A DNA stretch of 63,937 bases, filler included, from Choristocarpus tenellus KU-1152 (taxonomy: Eukaryota; Protista; Phaeophyceae): NCBI GenBank assembly GCA_964200185.2. It is 14 parts of 14 records of this genome, joined end to end, with 100 filler letters (N's around TTAATTAATTAA, not from the genome) between each part and the next. Parts side by side here need not be neighbours in the genome. Positions count along the whole stretch, not along the records: positions 36,619 to 40,162 come from CAXNAD020019358.1; positions 40,263 to 42,992 come from CAXNAD020025240.1; positions 43,093 to 46,582 come from CAXNAD020019672.1; positions 46,683 to 54,280 come from CAXNAD020005899.1; 10 more parts are not named here. One strand, 5' to 3'. Below, piece by piece: positions 37,985 through 51,809 of the stretch; positions within the stretch are counted from its first letter, which is position 1, and the number at the start of each line of letters is the position of its first letter. Made by a program: the position numbers and the translations under genes. Below the pieces are notes generated by a model. That model made no database searches. It was given only the letters and a program-made list of their open reading frames with translations, and was not told the DNA's origin.

Positions 37985-39320
37985 CTAGCACATATACTAC
38001 ATGCATGCCCTCCCCACTCACAATAATCGGCCTCTGTTTGCCACTAGCGACAACCCTAACCCGTACGCACCTTGTCCGCCAATGCACTAATCACGTCATA
38101 GAAATCGTTGCAAATTTTGTCATATCTTGTGCCTTCCCTTCACGTCGACACCACCCGCGACATGCTAATCGCACATACACACTTCTCCATCGACCGCATA
38201 CCGTCCGTGCACTCTTGCAACCATCGCCCTCTATTTTGCAATAGCCTGCCAACCGACAAACTAACCCAAACCTCTAAGTTATCCTTTTCTTCTCTCACAT
38301 TAACATCTGTCGTTTAACAAACAATTGTTACAGAAACAGGTAGCACATATACGATGTGCACGGTCCCCCCCACTCACAATAATCGGCCTCTATTTGCCAC
38401 TGACAACAGACTCAGCCCTCTCGCCCCATGCAACCCATGAACTACACACACAATAGATATCGTTGACTCATTATGTCACACCCGTCCTACCCTTCTCATT
38501 GACACCACGCGCGACGTGCTATTGCATATCGCACTTCTCAATTGACCACACACCATCCGTGCACACTTGCAATCATCGCCCTCTATTTTGAATTAAGTCT
38601 GCCAATCGGTAAACTCATGCAAAACTCCAATTTTTTGTTTTCTTCCCCGTATCAACATCGGCCATATACCCATCGCTTGTTGCAGGAATAGATAGCACAT
38701 GTACTACATGCATGATTCCCCCACTCACAATAATCGATCCCTGTTTGCCACTGGCAACAGACTGCCCCCTCCCTCCCCTTGCTAACCCATACACTAAACA
38801 CGCAGTAGATATCGCTGACCCATTATGTCTGATCCGTGCCTTTTGTTCACATCGACACCACACGCGACATGATAACCGCACATACGCACTTCTCAATCAA
38901 CCGCAGACCATCCGTGCACACTTACAATCATCTCGCCCTCTATTTTACAGAAGTCGGTCAACTGAGTAAAAGTATCTTAGAGGGTACGAGTTTTTCCCTG
39001 TTTGTCCTTTTAGGGCTTGGCTTCCCACGGGTTTTCAATGACATTTTACCTACTCCAAAATGTATCGGAGTTGGTAAAATGTTTACGTTATGAAAAGGAT
39101 TGTCCAGAAAACGGATATTGACATCTCCAAACAAACATGATAGCCAAAATTACATCAAAATTGCAACATTGGATTTGACCCCCAAATGGACACGGCACTA
39201 TCCTCTAAGATACTTTGACTCACTGTCAAACTAACCCAAAACTCTAAGTTATTGTTTTCCTCCCCATATTCACATCTGCCATTTACCAAACATTTGTTAC
39301 AGGAATAGGTAGCACATATC
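37985..39320. repeat. Diverged tandem array, unit about 355 bp, three units plus the start of a fourth
   Basis: TAGCACAT..AC...CCCACTCACAATAATCG recurs near 37986, 38341, 38692; TAGCACATAT again near 39310. Confidence 0.85.
38964..39221 (+). mobile_element. MITE family A, full copy (258 bp)
   Basis: Both TIRs; flanks ACT|ACT. The first array unit gives the empty site (CAACCGACAAACTAACCC), consistent with a 3-bp TSD. Confidence 0.94.
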
Positions 39321-41557
39321 ATCCCAAAGAAAATGCCATAACATCGATTTGATGACAGGACCCCGCCTCGGTACCAACACTGACTCCAACATGTACCACC
39401 CCTCCCTGTATACCCACAATCACCACACTCTTAGGATTGGACGGATATGGACGGCAGACCGGACAGTAACACATCTACGAAACTTCTATGCATCGACATT
39501 TTCTGAACACAGGAGATAGTCCACCTTCCGGCTTACAAGACCGACTGCGCGGGACGACAAAACCCATGTGTCCCAAACCTCAGTGGCACAGAGCCCATGC
39601 ACAGGTTCTTCACTGATCTGCTCACCACCGAAGACTCCCTTACATTGATATACGCCGAACTGTCGAGCTAATGCACAAACTGTTCCATCGGCAACCTGGA
39701 CCAATGCTGGTGGCAAGTAACCCATGTGCCCCCGCTTAAGGAGATAGACTTAGGATTTTCCACGGAAACAGGAACCAGCGATATGTATCTGAGAAGCCAG
39801 CCGTCAAGGAAGAAGAGACAGCTCACTGAGGGGAATATATGCATTGTGCGGATGCAGTCACCGGTGTACGATGGTATCGAGTTCTTGCCGTTCACTGTCC
39901 ACCGCAAGGACATGATTCGATGGAATACCAGGCACTACTCCAGCTACGGAGGGATGGTCAGTGCTGGAGATGAGGTCGTCTTTGTCACTGAAGACTTCGA
40001 GGTGCTGAGGGCTAGCTTTGTTGATGGAGTGCCAACTATTCACATGTCACGGACGGACAAGGTGAGTAACGCTTATTTTTTTTGAAGGGAACAATGCTCC
40101 ACACGAATGAATCCACGCTGTCTGTATACAGATATTGCATATCCCCTTATATCCCCTCATACNNNNNNNNNNNNNNNNNNNNNNNNNNNNNNNNNNNNNN
40201 NNNNNNTTAATTAATTAANNNNNNNNNNNNNNNNNNNNNNNNNNNNNNNNNNNNNNNNNNNNGGTTAATGAAGTCTCCAGTTGGGTGGAAATTTGTGTGA
40301 AAATCAACGTTGGTTTTTGGGGTGGGGGGGGGGGGGGGGGGTGCAGGGGGTCCTTAGTATATAGATCAGTTAATGAATTCTATTGTTTTCTTGAGTGCTT
40401 TTTTGGGGGGTGGGGGGTGGTTTGGTTTCCTGTCTTATTTTTTTTTCTTATTGCATCTACTATGTTATACTTGGTTATCGTTTTTGCAAAGTTGAAAAAA
40501 ACAAAAGACTAGTACCTTTTTTTGTTGTTGTGTTGTTGTGCGTATACCTTTTTTTTGATGGGGGGGGGGGGGGGGGGGGGGTTTTTTTTTTTTTTTTTTT
40601 TTTTTTTTTGTTTTTTTGTTGTTTGTTTGTTTTTTTTTTTTTTGGGGGGTGGGGGGGGGGGGGGGGGAGGTCTTCATTTTTGCATTTGATTTTGTTGTTA
40701 TGGATTCATTAAGTTCAGAGACGATTGAATTTGATGGATACTCTTACATACATTTCTTCATTGTGATGCCAACGGCCGTTTGAGTATGGCTGAAATAAAA
40801 ATATCGGTACTACTATTTTGCGAGGTGGATATTTTTTGTGTTGCGAGAGAATATGGTGAGAAAAAAAAATCAACTTTTTTTTTTTCTTTTTCCTCGCTGA
40901 TTCTTGTGTATACAGATGGTGATTTGCTTGTTTGTTCCTCGTCAGAATTGAATGCGAGTGTGTGGCAAGTGAGAATTTCTCAGTGGATTGATTCGCCTTT
41001 GCTTGTTATCTCAAGGTGCCATTTGAGGAGGGATGGATAAAAATCTAATGAATATCTTGTCCTTTTTAAATATTCTCTCTCAGCGGTGTCACGATCAATT
41101 CTTGATAGGGGGACCACAGCGTAGAAATTTTATGTATTTTTTCTTTAAAAATAGGTTGATACGTACCATCATTCAATGTCTGGGTCCCACTGTGGTGGCC
41201 CTTTTTGTGATGATGGGCTGCTCTTCTCGTCTTCTCTTGACTTTGATGTTGATTATATATAAAAGAGCGGCAAGCCAAAAAACTCTCCATGTGTAACTTA
41301 GTCGGGTTGTACATCGATATTGTTCAGTGGACATGCTGCTATGTCTTTTGTGAACTCCATATACAGTCCATACTCAATTGACCTGGCACATTGAAAGTTG
41401 TGTTCATAGTAATAGTAGTAGTAGCGGCAGTGGCAAAAATAGGAGGTAGAAATTCGAGGTAGTAATTACTCAGTGTACGGAGGTTTTGGTACTTGGAGCA
41501 GTGCATACATTAATCCAACTTTATTAGTGATGTTACAACATGGCTGTATGTGTGTAT

Positions 41558-41745
41558 GCCTCAAAGTATCTGGGAGTGGGTGGCGGCTGTCCATTTGGGG
41601 TCAATTTTTTCATATCGCGATTTGTGGGTGATTTGGTTGCCATACGTCGGATGGATAATGCAAATGCACTTTTCCGGATTTTGGTGCAAATGGATACATT
41701 CCCTTTCGTGTAGACCCCCCCCCCCGCCGCCTGATACGTTGGGTA
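41558..41745 (-). mobile_element. MITE family B, full copy
   Basis: GCCTCAAAGTATCTGGG ... GATACGTTGGGT. Confidence 0.9.
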
Positions 41746-42948
41746 TGTGAGTGTATGTAATTTATGTGTTTATGTTTCTGTATTTTGAACAGGTTGGAGT
41801 TGTTTGGCAGAGTGCTTTTTGCTCCTGTTGAACAATGAACACGATTGATTACCTTACCTGCCTGCTAACCTAGAATGCAACAAATATGGCGTGGAAATAC
41901 TTCATTTCAATCAACTTTTAATTTTCTTTTTCGGGTAGTGCAGGAGATTCCGTCTTGATTGGCCTGTCCGGTTGACTTTTGGCAACGTTCTTGGCTTTTA
42001 ATTAATCATATCATGGGTACACACAGCACATGCCCCATCCATGTTCCGGGTAATCCGTTTCGTAGACTTTTCAGGATCTTTTTATAGTATGTGTGCTGGA
42101 TGTCTAAGACCTGTCTCTTCAACTGTTACTCACTGAATAACGGCCTCTGAACCATGTCCAGGAATAAGAAACGGAACTTGAACTATCTTTTAAAAGCATT
42201 TTGGAGCAATCTATCAGGAACCGAGTTAGTGACTCAGTCTTATGTGTTGTGAAACATACTTGAACGATAAGCTGTAAACATATCATGTGTATGGTGGAGG
42301 ATTGTATCCCCCCACCTGTCCACACTTACATAGATCCTTACATAGTACGTACATCATACATCAGCACCCCTATATTTTATTTTGTGGTGAGTGACAGGTT
42401 GGTTAGAAAAAAAGCATGGCTTTTCCCTTAGCCTCAGGTACTTGACAGTACGATTACTACATCGAGTTGTAGAAATGTAGTATGAATTGTTAATTAGAAC
42501 GGTTTACAGCGCATGCGCACACACACATTCAACGGACGGGTCTCTATTCACTGGTTGAACTGCTGAAGAAGCGAGCTTTCCGAAACTAAATCAATCTTTG
42601 TCCTCTCCTTCAGTTCTTATTGGACGTGGTCAAGTCAGTAAGCATACAGTCAATTGTAAGAAAAGTGTATCGTTTTAAAATTATTTTATGCTCCCACTGA
42701 CTGACATTTTACGCATGCAGTGGGAGGGGGAACACAAAGCAACGCGTGCCTCCAGGCGTATATTATTTCATACATACTGTAATAATAAATTATAATAAAT
42801 ATTTAGATGCTGTTTTACATACTGCACATGGCTCTTTTACATTGTGTGTATGTGGTGCCAGATTTCTTGTTTGTTGCATCACCGATCCAATCGCTGGTTC
42901 CACAACGCATTACGCTCATGTGATGTATTGGTCACACAGCTCCATAAT

Positions 42949-42992
42949 GGGTCAAAGTATCTGGGGGGGGGGTGTCGGCGTCCGTTTTTCAC
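42949..42992. mobile_element. MITE family C terminus
   Basis: GGGTCAAAGTATCTGGGG..GGCGTCCGTTTTT; another C end at 43093-43150. Confidence 0.78.
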
Positions 42993-43313
42993 NNNNNNNN
43001 NNNNNNNNNNNNNNNNNNNNNNNNNNNNNNNNNNNNTTAATTAATTAANNNNNNNNNNNNNNNNNNNNNNNNNNNNNNNNNNNNNNNNNNNNTTGTTTGC
43101 CAGAACCGGCCGCCCCCCCACACCCCCCCCCCCCCAAGATACTTTAACCCAACTTGACACAAACATATCTGGACACTAAGAGTCAGTACATATAATATTT
43201 CTGTCAATGACTCTCCATCCTATTACATAATCCACCCGTGGTGTCTATGTGTATCAGCAGCACTATCTACAAACAATGAGAACTTGATTGACAGGTTGCT
43301 AAGCACAGCAAAA

Positions 43314-43400
43314 GAGTCAAAGATTTTAAGAGGGTTGGAGATTTGTCCTGTTTGTCCGTTCGGGGCTTGGCTTCCCAAGGACTTATGCCCATTTTCGCTT
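43314..43400 (+). mobile_element. MITE family A-related single end
   Basis: GAGTCAAAGATTTTAAGAGGGT..CCTGTTTGTCCGTTCGGGGCTTGGCTTCCC. Confidence 0.75.
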
Positions 43401-43650
43401 TTCAGTGTGGGGGCTACATCTTCCCGGGCAACGTCTAAGGAAAACTGCGACAACATCCAACTCCAAGATGAGGATGAGGGATGGACTGGTCGGAATCTCC
43501 AAGGGAATCCACCTCCTGAGTCGTCCACGGTGCTCAGAAGGTCCTGGGCGATCCTCTGGTCAGGGGATAGGAGTGGAAGTACCTCAAACCCAAGAGTCCA
43601 AACGGGCATCCCAACCAACAAGCCTTTGAACAATAGCTTATCATCAACAA

Positions 43651-43908
43651 GAGCAAAAGGATCTTAGAGGGTAGAGTCGCGTCCGTTTGGGGGCCAAAAT
43701 CCAATGATGCGATTTTGATGTAATTTTGACTATCGTGTTTGTTAGGAAGTGTCAATATCCTTGTTCCGGACCTACCTTTTCATAATGTATACATTTTACC
43801 TACTCCGAAATATTTTGAAGTAGGTGAAAGTCGTATAAATCCCAAGGGAAGTCAAGCCCCAAATGGACGAACAGGGCAAAACTCGTACCCTCTAAGATAC
43901 TTTCACTC
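43651..43908 (-). mobile_element. MITE family A, full copy (258 bp)
   Basis: Both TIRs; flanks ACAA|ACAA (4-bp TSD). Confidence 0.94.
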
Positions 43909-46900
43909 ACAACAAGCATTCAGCGCAATAGCTTGCCTTGATATCTGTGTGGCGTTGTGCTGAATTGCACGGGTCATCTCACCAATGATAGTGTGTATTA
44001 TTACAACCTTACGCAGATCACAACTAAGCCCCTGGATTAACAATTCCTACCAGAACTTTGCACGTACTGATGGAGGTGTGCAGTTATTATGGGGAAAAGG
44101 AAACAAGTGGTGGTACGAAGTCCTACCTGACACCAGTACAACCTATAACACTATTCCACCGCAACATTTGTTACAACCCAGCATTTGTTTGGACTTATCT
44201 AAGTGGTGACAGTATCCAACCAGCATCCAGATAAGAAGAGTTTTGTTAATCTCTTTGTATTTTAGTGGTCCTTCCACGAGCATTCCCCTCACTGGTCAAG
44301 TGTTGACTGCCATGTGATGTAATACTGCTAAAGTAAGTATTCCAACCGTTGTCATACTGTAAACACAAACATGTCTCACATACTCTAGGCGTATTGAACT
44401 TTCTATGATATCATATCTACATGCAACCACCACAGCAAGGAGGAAAAGATTCTCTCACTTGTACAAGCTTGACACTATAATCAATCTTAGCCCTAGATCC
44501 ATCCATTCATCATGCGAAGAATGACATCATCTGATATCTTGCAACAAGATCACGCTACTAACTACCTATTTTTATCCCTAACTTTTAACAATTCAGAGAG
44601 CTTCACGTATTGTAGTATTCTTTCATACTAAGTTAAGCATATCTACATGGGTTATCCACATACCAAATCCCCTCCTTAATTTCGAGGTTATATCAAATGC
44701 AACTATAAAGAGGATCTAAAATTTGCAAAACGAAAGGTGGGTTTCATTGAGATGTCGCACATAAGACAGGTATATCACATGGTCTCCAATTTCTCTGCCC
44801 CCATCCCTTCTTTCTAGCCTCTTGACTGCTGCATTTGGACTTTGAACAACCATAAACGACCAAGAAAGGATTTTGATGTTACTGTTCCACTTCCTGTGCA
44901 CGAAATACCCCAGCTTGCAGGCTTTTGTCTCGAGTCTTCAAGAAACCCAGCCACCTGTTTGTGGGAATGGAGAATATTGTGATATGTTGGTGGTATGCAT
45001 TGTTTTATCAGTCCGATTGTACTCAATTGAGGCAAGTGTAAATATCTCTGTCTCCTCCCTCATTAAAATTTGAACAGAAAATTGAAGAGGTGTATGCTAG
45101 AAGCTACTACCTGGCAGTGTGCTTCTATACTACACTATACAATCACCAAAACACCTTATGAAGGATGAGGTTGATATAGCTTTTGGGATGGAACACCGTG
45201 TGTTCCTGTTCAAACTTGTTTCAGAATGAGTGTGTTGGGATCACCTGAACCTCATGCTACTCCTACTCCGAATATCCCATCCTTGTCACAAGTGGACAAT
45301 TATTTTGCGTATGCTTATCACGATACTAATGTTTAATATTGCCATTTTATGTCAATACTTTCTCCTCTTAGGAGCAACCGGCAGGTCTCTTTTTCTCTCA
45401 TGCAGCTAAACTCAGTCAATATTTTGGACGTGTGAGGATGAGGAATGTGCCTATCTAGTCTATGTGACAGCATGCACCATGGAGATATTGTTGCAGAGAC
45501 GTGATGATGTGAGAGTGGGGATACAAGGTGGATGACTGCTCTAATATAATCCACTTGTACTGCAGAACAAAACACATCTACCTAGTACTTATTACCTGCA
45601 AGTCACCGACCCTCAAATCAATATATGGACCATTCTGCACACCTGTAAATAGAACCACACAACAGATCGTACCTCCTTGTTCCCATTGAGGTGCTGCAGA
45701 GTCAAGGGAGAGACGGCATGTTGATGCATTCCTGACCTTAATGCTCTTGCAGCACGATGTTGACCCTCTCCTCCCCTGCCTCATCAACGGCGTTGCTTGT
45801 GCGAGCTGTAGAGGGGATTTGCGTCCAGTTCCACTTTTAGAGGGTTGTAGCAAGATGGTTGAGATTTATGTCAATCTTCCTGCGGTTGAATATCTACTTG
45901 ATTGTTGAAAAATGATAACTACACAACACTTCCAAGTGCATATTATACTGACAGAGATGCTCCAACAAATCATCCTTTACTTTGCTCAATCTAACAGTAC
46001 TTTTCCAGACATTTTTTTATCACCTGTCCTTGGAGCTCGGAATTCATCCTAAGCTGCTCTAGCCCAGACTCCTGTGCCCGACAATTCCGTGGGCTCAGCC
46101 TTTGCCCTAGGTCCTGCCCCAGATTCTGTTTCGTTGGCTCGCCTGTCGACTGCCGGTACACCTTCTTTTGTCTCTGTACCACACATAGGTAAGCAGAGAA
46201 TATTGGGAGAAACAAGTTGCATTCCCTAGTGTGAAATCTGTACAGCATAGAATTCTCCTTAGCCAAAAGAAAACACTGTCATTGCATTATATGCAGATTG
46301 CTATACGATTCAATCCACATCACACTGCCACTGAAATAACATGATTACAAACATGAAAGGTAACATCAATCCATTCCAACATCAAAACAGTGTATGGGGG
46401 AGCACAATTAAATCATGGCATGGATCTAAATCCTGGGTTCTTGATCTGGTCTGATGAATAGACTGTGAACAAGATATTCAGATCAACTCATAGCATTTTC
46501 CAAATACGGAGTACTTAATTTAGAGCGGCACCTGGACTTGTTCATCATGACTAGTTCAAGATTCAGCTGAAGAAAAAGTCCCNNNNNNNNNNNNNNNNNN
46601 NNNNNNNNNNNNNNNNNNNNNNNNNNTTAATTAATTAANNNNNNNNNNNNNNNNNNNNNNNNNNNNNNNNNNNNNNNNNNNNCTTTTCCCTACAAACTAC
46701 AACCTAAAAAAAAACCAAAACCCCCCCCCAAAAAAAAAAAAAAAAAGTTCAATCTGGAGACACCCCCGTATGAGGAGTTGTTCCGCCTCGGCAACATAGA
46801 GCCAGTCCCAAGACTTGGCCTTGATGGCAAAAGGTTTCGCCACAGAGAAATTTCCTCGTGTTCCTCCGAGGAGGGATGGAACAAGGCGATGTAGACCTCT

Positions 46901-47943
46901 GTGAGTAGACCTCAAATTTCTTTTTTTGAAATTCTAAATTACATGAAAAAAAACAAAAACACACACACACACAAATACATAGATACATAGATACATACAG
47001 TGTAAGCAAGGTGTCGCTCTCAAGCTTACGGTACCCCGCTCTTCAGGTGAAAGCTTGTCGGCTGTGTCATTGGGATCTACTCCACTGCACATGCTGCTCC
47101 CTCTACTGTTCTACTCCTCCAGCCTTTGAATAGACTTGGAAAACCAGCACAGCATACACAGTCCCCAGCACTTGCTTGCAAGTATCATCTCTTTCTTGTA
47201 GTACTACTTACTATAAATCTAGCTCGTGCGTCAAAAAGGGGGGGGGGGGGGACAGAACCCTTCTCACCGTATGGAGAAAAACAAGGGNNNNNNNNNNCCC
47301 ATCTTTTTTTTCAATTTCTTTTTCTTTTTGTTCGTTATATTTAAAAAAAACCTCACGAGGGAAAAAAAGGGGGGGGGGGGGGGGGGACAGAACCCTTCTC
47401 ACCGTATGGAGCAAAACAAGTGCGCTATGTAGAGCAGTATTCAACAAGCACCTCAGGCTCACTTTCTCATACAAACACAGCATATTCCCCTTTGTATCAA
47501 AAGTGCTGAGTTCAAACATTGACAGTACCTTATCCCTCCACACCAAGGCCCAACTTCAACCCAGCATCCAAAAGGGGCTGGAGGTGGGGGTGGGGCGTAA
47601 GCTGGACACAAAACCAGAGTCCAAGTCCAGCCTCCAACCATGGTATACCTCTTGACCAGGGCAGAGACGTACCTTCAACCCTGGAAAGTAAAGCCCAATT
47701 CATCCTAGTTCGAGAACTACTCCACATCTTTGCCAATAGGCTTTGGAAAAAAATAGGTGGGTGAGTCCCCAAAAGGGGGGGGGGGGGGGGGGGGGGGGGG
47801 GAGGGGGGGGGGGGGGGGGGAGGGGGGGGGGGGGGTGGAGGGGAAAACATGAAAAAAATTCCACAAATCCTTTACCTCGGTAGGTTATAACACAATCTTG
47901 GTAGGTTTGAAGACAATTTTGGTAGGTTAGAACACAATCTTGC

Positions 47944-50509
47944 CTGGTCAAAGAACATATCAGAGAGGGAGGCCACAAACGACAGTGGGTCTGCTGTCAC
48001 CTCCACCTTGCGGAGAGACCTGAGGCATTAAAAAAAAATTGGGTGCAGTGGGTACAAATGTAAAAGCAAGGGCATCCAATTTAACTTGAGACGCGGCACA
48101 TGAACTAGGAATATGCCGCCCTTCGCACCCTGGTCTTTTAAGTTGAAGTAAAGATTGACAGCACGTCACAACATAACTTCAACATACAACTTCAACACAT
48201 AACTTCAACACACAACTTCAACACGCAACTTCAACACGCAACTTCAACACACAACTTGAACACACAACTTCAACACACAACTTTTTAACACACAACTTTT
48301 TAACACACAACTTCAACACTCAATGTAACCTAGTGTCTCCTGCCCCAAGGGCAAAAACTCTAAGGGCGAACCAAACAGTAATTTAAAAAAAAAAAAATGT
48401 TCCCTACATACCTATACATCGTTCTAAAGCAGTAGAGTTATCACGAAAATTACCATGGAGCAGTAAAAATAATGATGATAATTGTCGGAACACATTCTCA
48501 TTCTCACCTTCGAATCAGAGCGCTCCTCTCCCGGACGTAGGCTGCGGCTGCATCTTCTGTGTGTCCCAGTGCAATTAAGAGGGAGTAGTTGCGCTTGTGC
48601 TCATGGTAGCCCCAGGCCTGCCATATTTTCATACACATGTAAGCATACATATATTTTATGTGTATGTGTAAATATATGCATGTATGTATGTATGTAAATA
48701 TATATGTATGTATATATTTTAATATGTGTGTAGGTATATATGTATATATATGCATGTATGTATATTTATGTACTACCTAGTATGTATATATATGTATATA
48801 TATGTGTGTGTGTGTATGTATGTTTCGAGATACATGTGTTCATCAAGGGGTTAAGGAATAAGCAGTCACTATGTCTCTGTGTGAGTTTAACAGAGACATA
48901 CACATTCAACATGCACATAAATGTGGGTAACCTACATACATATACATGACAAGAACAGGTTTAATTGCAGTCACAAGGAATGATCTTTTATCAGAGCAAC
49001 GACTTCTTCAGTACTTGCTGCTTCCTACTTCATGGCACGTACTAGTGAGGATGTCATATCATGGCACCATTGGAGTGCTCTGATTCAACATTGTTGGCAT
49101 CAAACACAACCAGCACGAAAGCCAAACAGAAGGAGGGGATGAAGAAGACATAAAACAAGCTATCAACATACTACACACTCCAAGATACATGCACTCCATG
49201 ATACATACACGAACATCCGTCCATGGATGAGGCACCACCTGTATGTTCAATCAATCAATCAATCAACCAAACAACCAACCAATCAAAAACGAGTTGAGGT
49301 ACTTGACCAAGAATGAACGAACACCATACTTGCATGTAATACGCATACATGTAAAATTCCACACTTGAAAACATAGGCATACATGAGAACTGATACAAAC
49401 AGATGTACATGTCAACCATTGCCAAATCCAACAATAGGGTAGGAAACCATCTCGGACATAATGATTCTATGAACACAAACTCAATGCAACATACGGAGGA
49501 TGCCCTGCCTGATCGTCCCTCCACCCCAGTTTGTGTTTGTTCACAGTCTTGGCATAACCCACAATACATACACCATTAATAAGCACAACAGATTTTTTAC
49601 ATAGGTGGATACACGAGCATACCTACCCAGCTTCATGAACTTGATGAACTTGATGCACCTATCAAACGTGCTTCATACATTCAACTACATATATCAACTA
49701 CATAACTTGATGCACCTATCAAAAATGTCTGTATAATCAGGTCCTACGTATTGCCAGTAGGACCTCTGTTAGATACTAGATACTAACGCCCGCTGGGATG
49801 TTGAAACACAAACATGGCACGTTAGAGGCCCTTTCTTGAAACCAGGCCTCTGGGAGGGGGCTACTTGGGGACAAATATATATATATATATATATAGATAG
49901 ATATATATGTATGTATTCTGGTGATCGTACACAAGTTTTATTTCTTTTTCTTTCCATCCTCACAAAAAAAAATTAAAACAAATGAACCACTTCTCAGTGC
50001 TGTTCAAAAGGCGGTATCTCCTTGAGTCAACTACGTCTTGATTTGTTTGATTTGTTTGATTTGTTTGATTTGTTTGATTTGTTTGATTTGATTGATTTGA
50101 TTGATTTGTTTGATTTGATTCAGTCCCACCACTCTCTACGATAAAGTTTGTTTGCCTACCCTTACCAGCGAGTAAGGGCTTGAAGAGGCTTGAAAAGGGT
50201 TTTCATGAACATCGGATGGCGGGACTCCATTCTATCCATCCACCTGCACCACCATGGCAAGATAGTCGGTGCAGTTGGATCTGTTTGTGAAAAGGAATTT
50301 TAAATAAAAAGGCTGGACAAACCAGAAATAAAAATAAAATAAAATAAAATAAAGTAAAATAAAGTAAATAACAAGATGTACAACCTCTCAGAAATGCGAT
50401 CGACTATCAAAAGATAAACCTAACCCTAACCCTAACTTTCTCATACAACTTCAACATGCTCCAATTCACAATACAAAAAAATTAAATAGTAATATCAGCA
50501 GTAGTAATG

Positions 50510-50545
<36 letters not shown>

Positions 50546-50590
50546 ATAGTAGTAGTAGCAGCATTAGTAATAGTAGTTGTAGTAGTAATG

Positions 50591-50623
<33 letters not shown>

Positions 50624-51774
50624 ATGGTAGTAGCAGTAGCAGTAGCAGTAGTAATAGTAATAGTAGTAGTAGTAATAGTAGTAGTAGCAATAGTAGTAGT
50701 GGCAGCATTAGTAATAGTAGTAGTAGTAGTAATGGTAGTAGCAGTAGTAATGGTAGTAGCAGTAGTAATAGTAATAGTGGTAGTAGTAATAGTAGTAGTA
50801 GCAATAGTAGTAGTGGCAGCATTAGTAATAGTAGTAGTAGTAGTAATGGTAGTAGCAGTAGTAGTAGTAATAGTGGTAGTGGTAGTAGTAGTAATAGTGG
50901 TAGTGGTAGTAGTAGTAGTAGTAGTAGTAATGGTAGTAGCAGTAGTAGTAGTAGTAGTAGTGGGTATGACATGCAAACATCCGGTCTCACCGTAAACGTA
51001 ACAGTTTCACATATCTCAGAGATAAGTCGCGTTGCGAGTCCTGAGGCCATAGTCTCCACCTCTGAAAATATCTTGGACACCCCCCTGCCCAGGTTGGTGG
51101 CATTGCCGACATTCCCAGCAAAGGCCCTGACCCTCCTGATTAGCCTGGTTGCATCCTGGTGTTTGCGCTCAAGAAGCAACTCTTCCAGCTGATCATTAGT
51201 TTTGGTTTGTAGTTCAAAACAAATGTATATTTATTTTTTGTTGAGGTAAGGAAAGAGAGAGTGAAGAGAGAGAATTAGAGGGGGGGGGGGCACAGAAGAT
51301 CGTAAGCATGCTGCATTAGTATGACATCATTCACATTACAGCATGACACCATTCAAGCAGCAGCATGATACCCTGCAAACTACAATAATAGTTGGAGATA
51401 TTGGGTACATACATATATACACACACATGCTACATTTCAGTTACAGCAAATAAATGTTCTCATTTTAAGTTTTCTTATTTATTCCTCTTGATGAGGACCT
51501 TAAGAACAACTGGCTCATCCGGGCAGTATTAAAAAAAATATAATCTCACTCGTTTCCAGTGACAGAACCTGACCATCCGGTGAAATTATCGTTCTCTTTT
51601 TTAATTTATTTTAATTCACCTGTGAATAGTGAAGGCGGAGACATGAAAGCATGTCTCCACCTCTATGCTTGACATCAAAGCTCTTCGGCCAATGGAGTAC
51701 CATTACCACTTCATAATTGTAGTATGACACAATTGTAAAATACGACCTGAAAAATCTCTCTCTTGAATTCTCCA

Positions 51775-51809
<35 letters not shown>

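Noticed and set aside
40300-40680. Poly-G/poly-T low-complexity ORFs (also 25545-25595, 47775-47840, 55448-55580)
   Set aside because: Homopolymer-rich sequence, mostly near gaps; likely sequencing or assembly noise.
44814-46190. Multi-exon minus-strand gene
   Set aside because: Exon-like AG/GT blocks exist, but I could not build a consistent frame or recognise a product.
46765-46910. Further Exo84 exon (LTEVYIALFHP)
   Set aside because: Plausible, but the acceptor phase does not fit and the flank is low quality.
50466-51179. Poly-Leu, poly-Thr (mucin-like) or poly-Val proteins
   Set aside because: Translations of an intronic (AGT)n microsatellite; only 50991-51188 is an exon.
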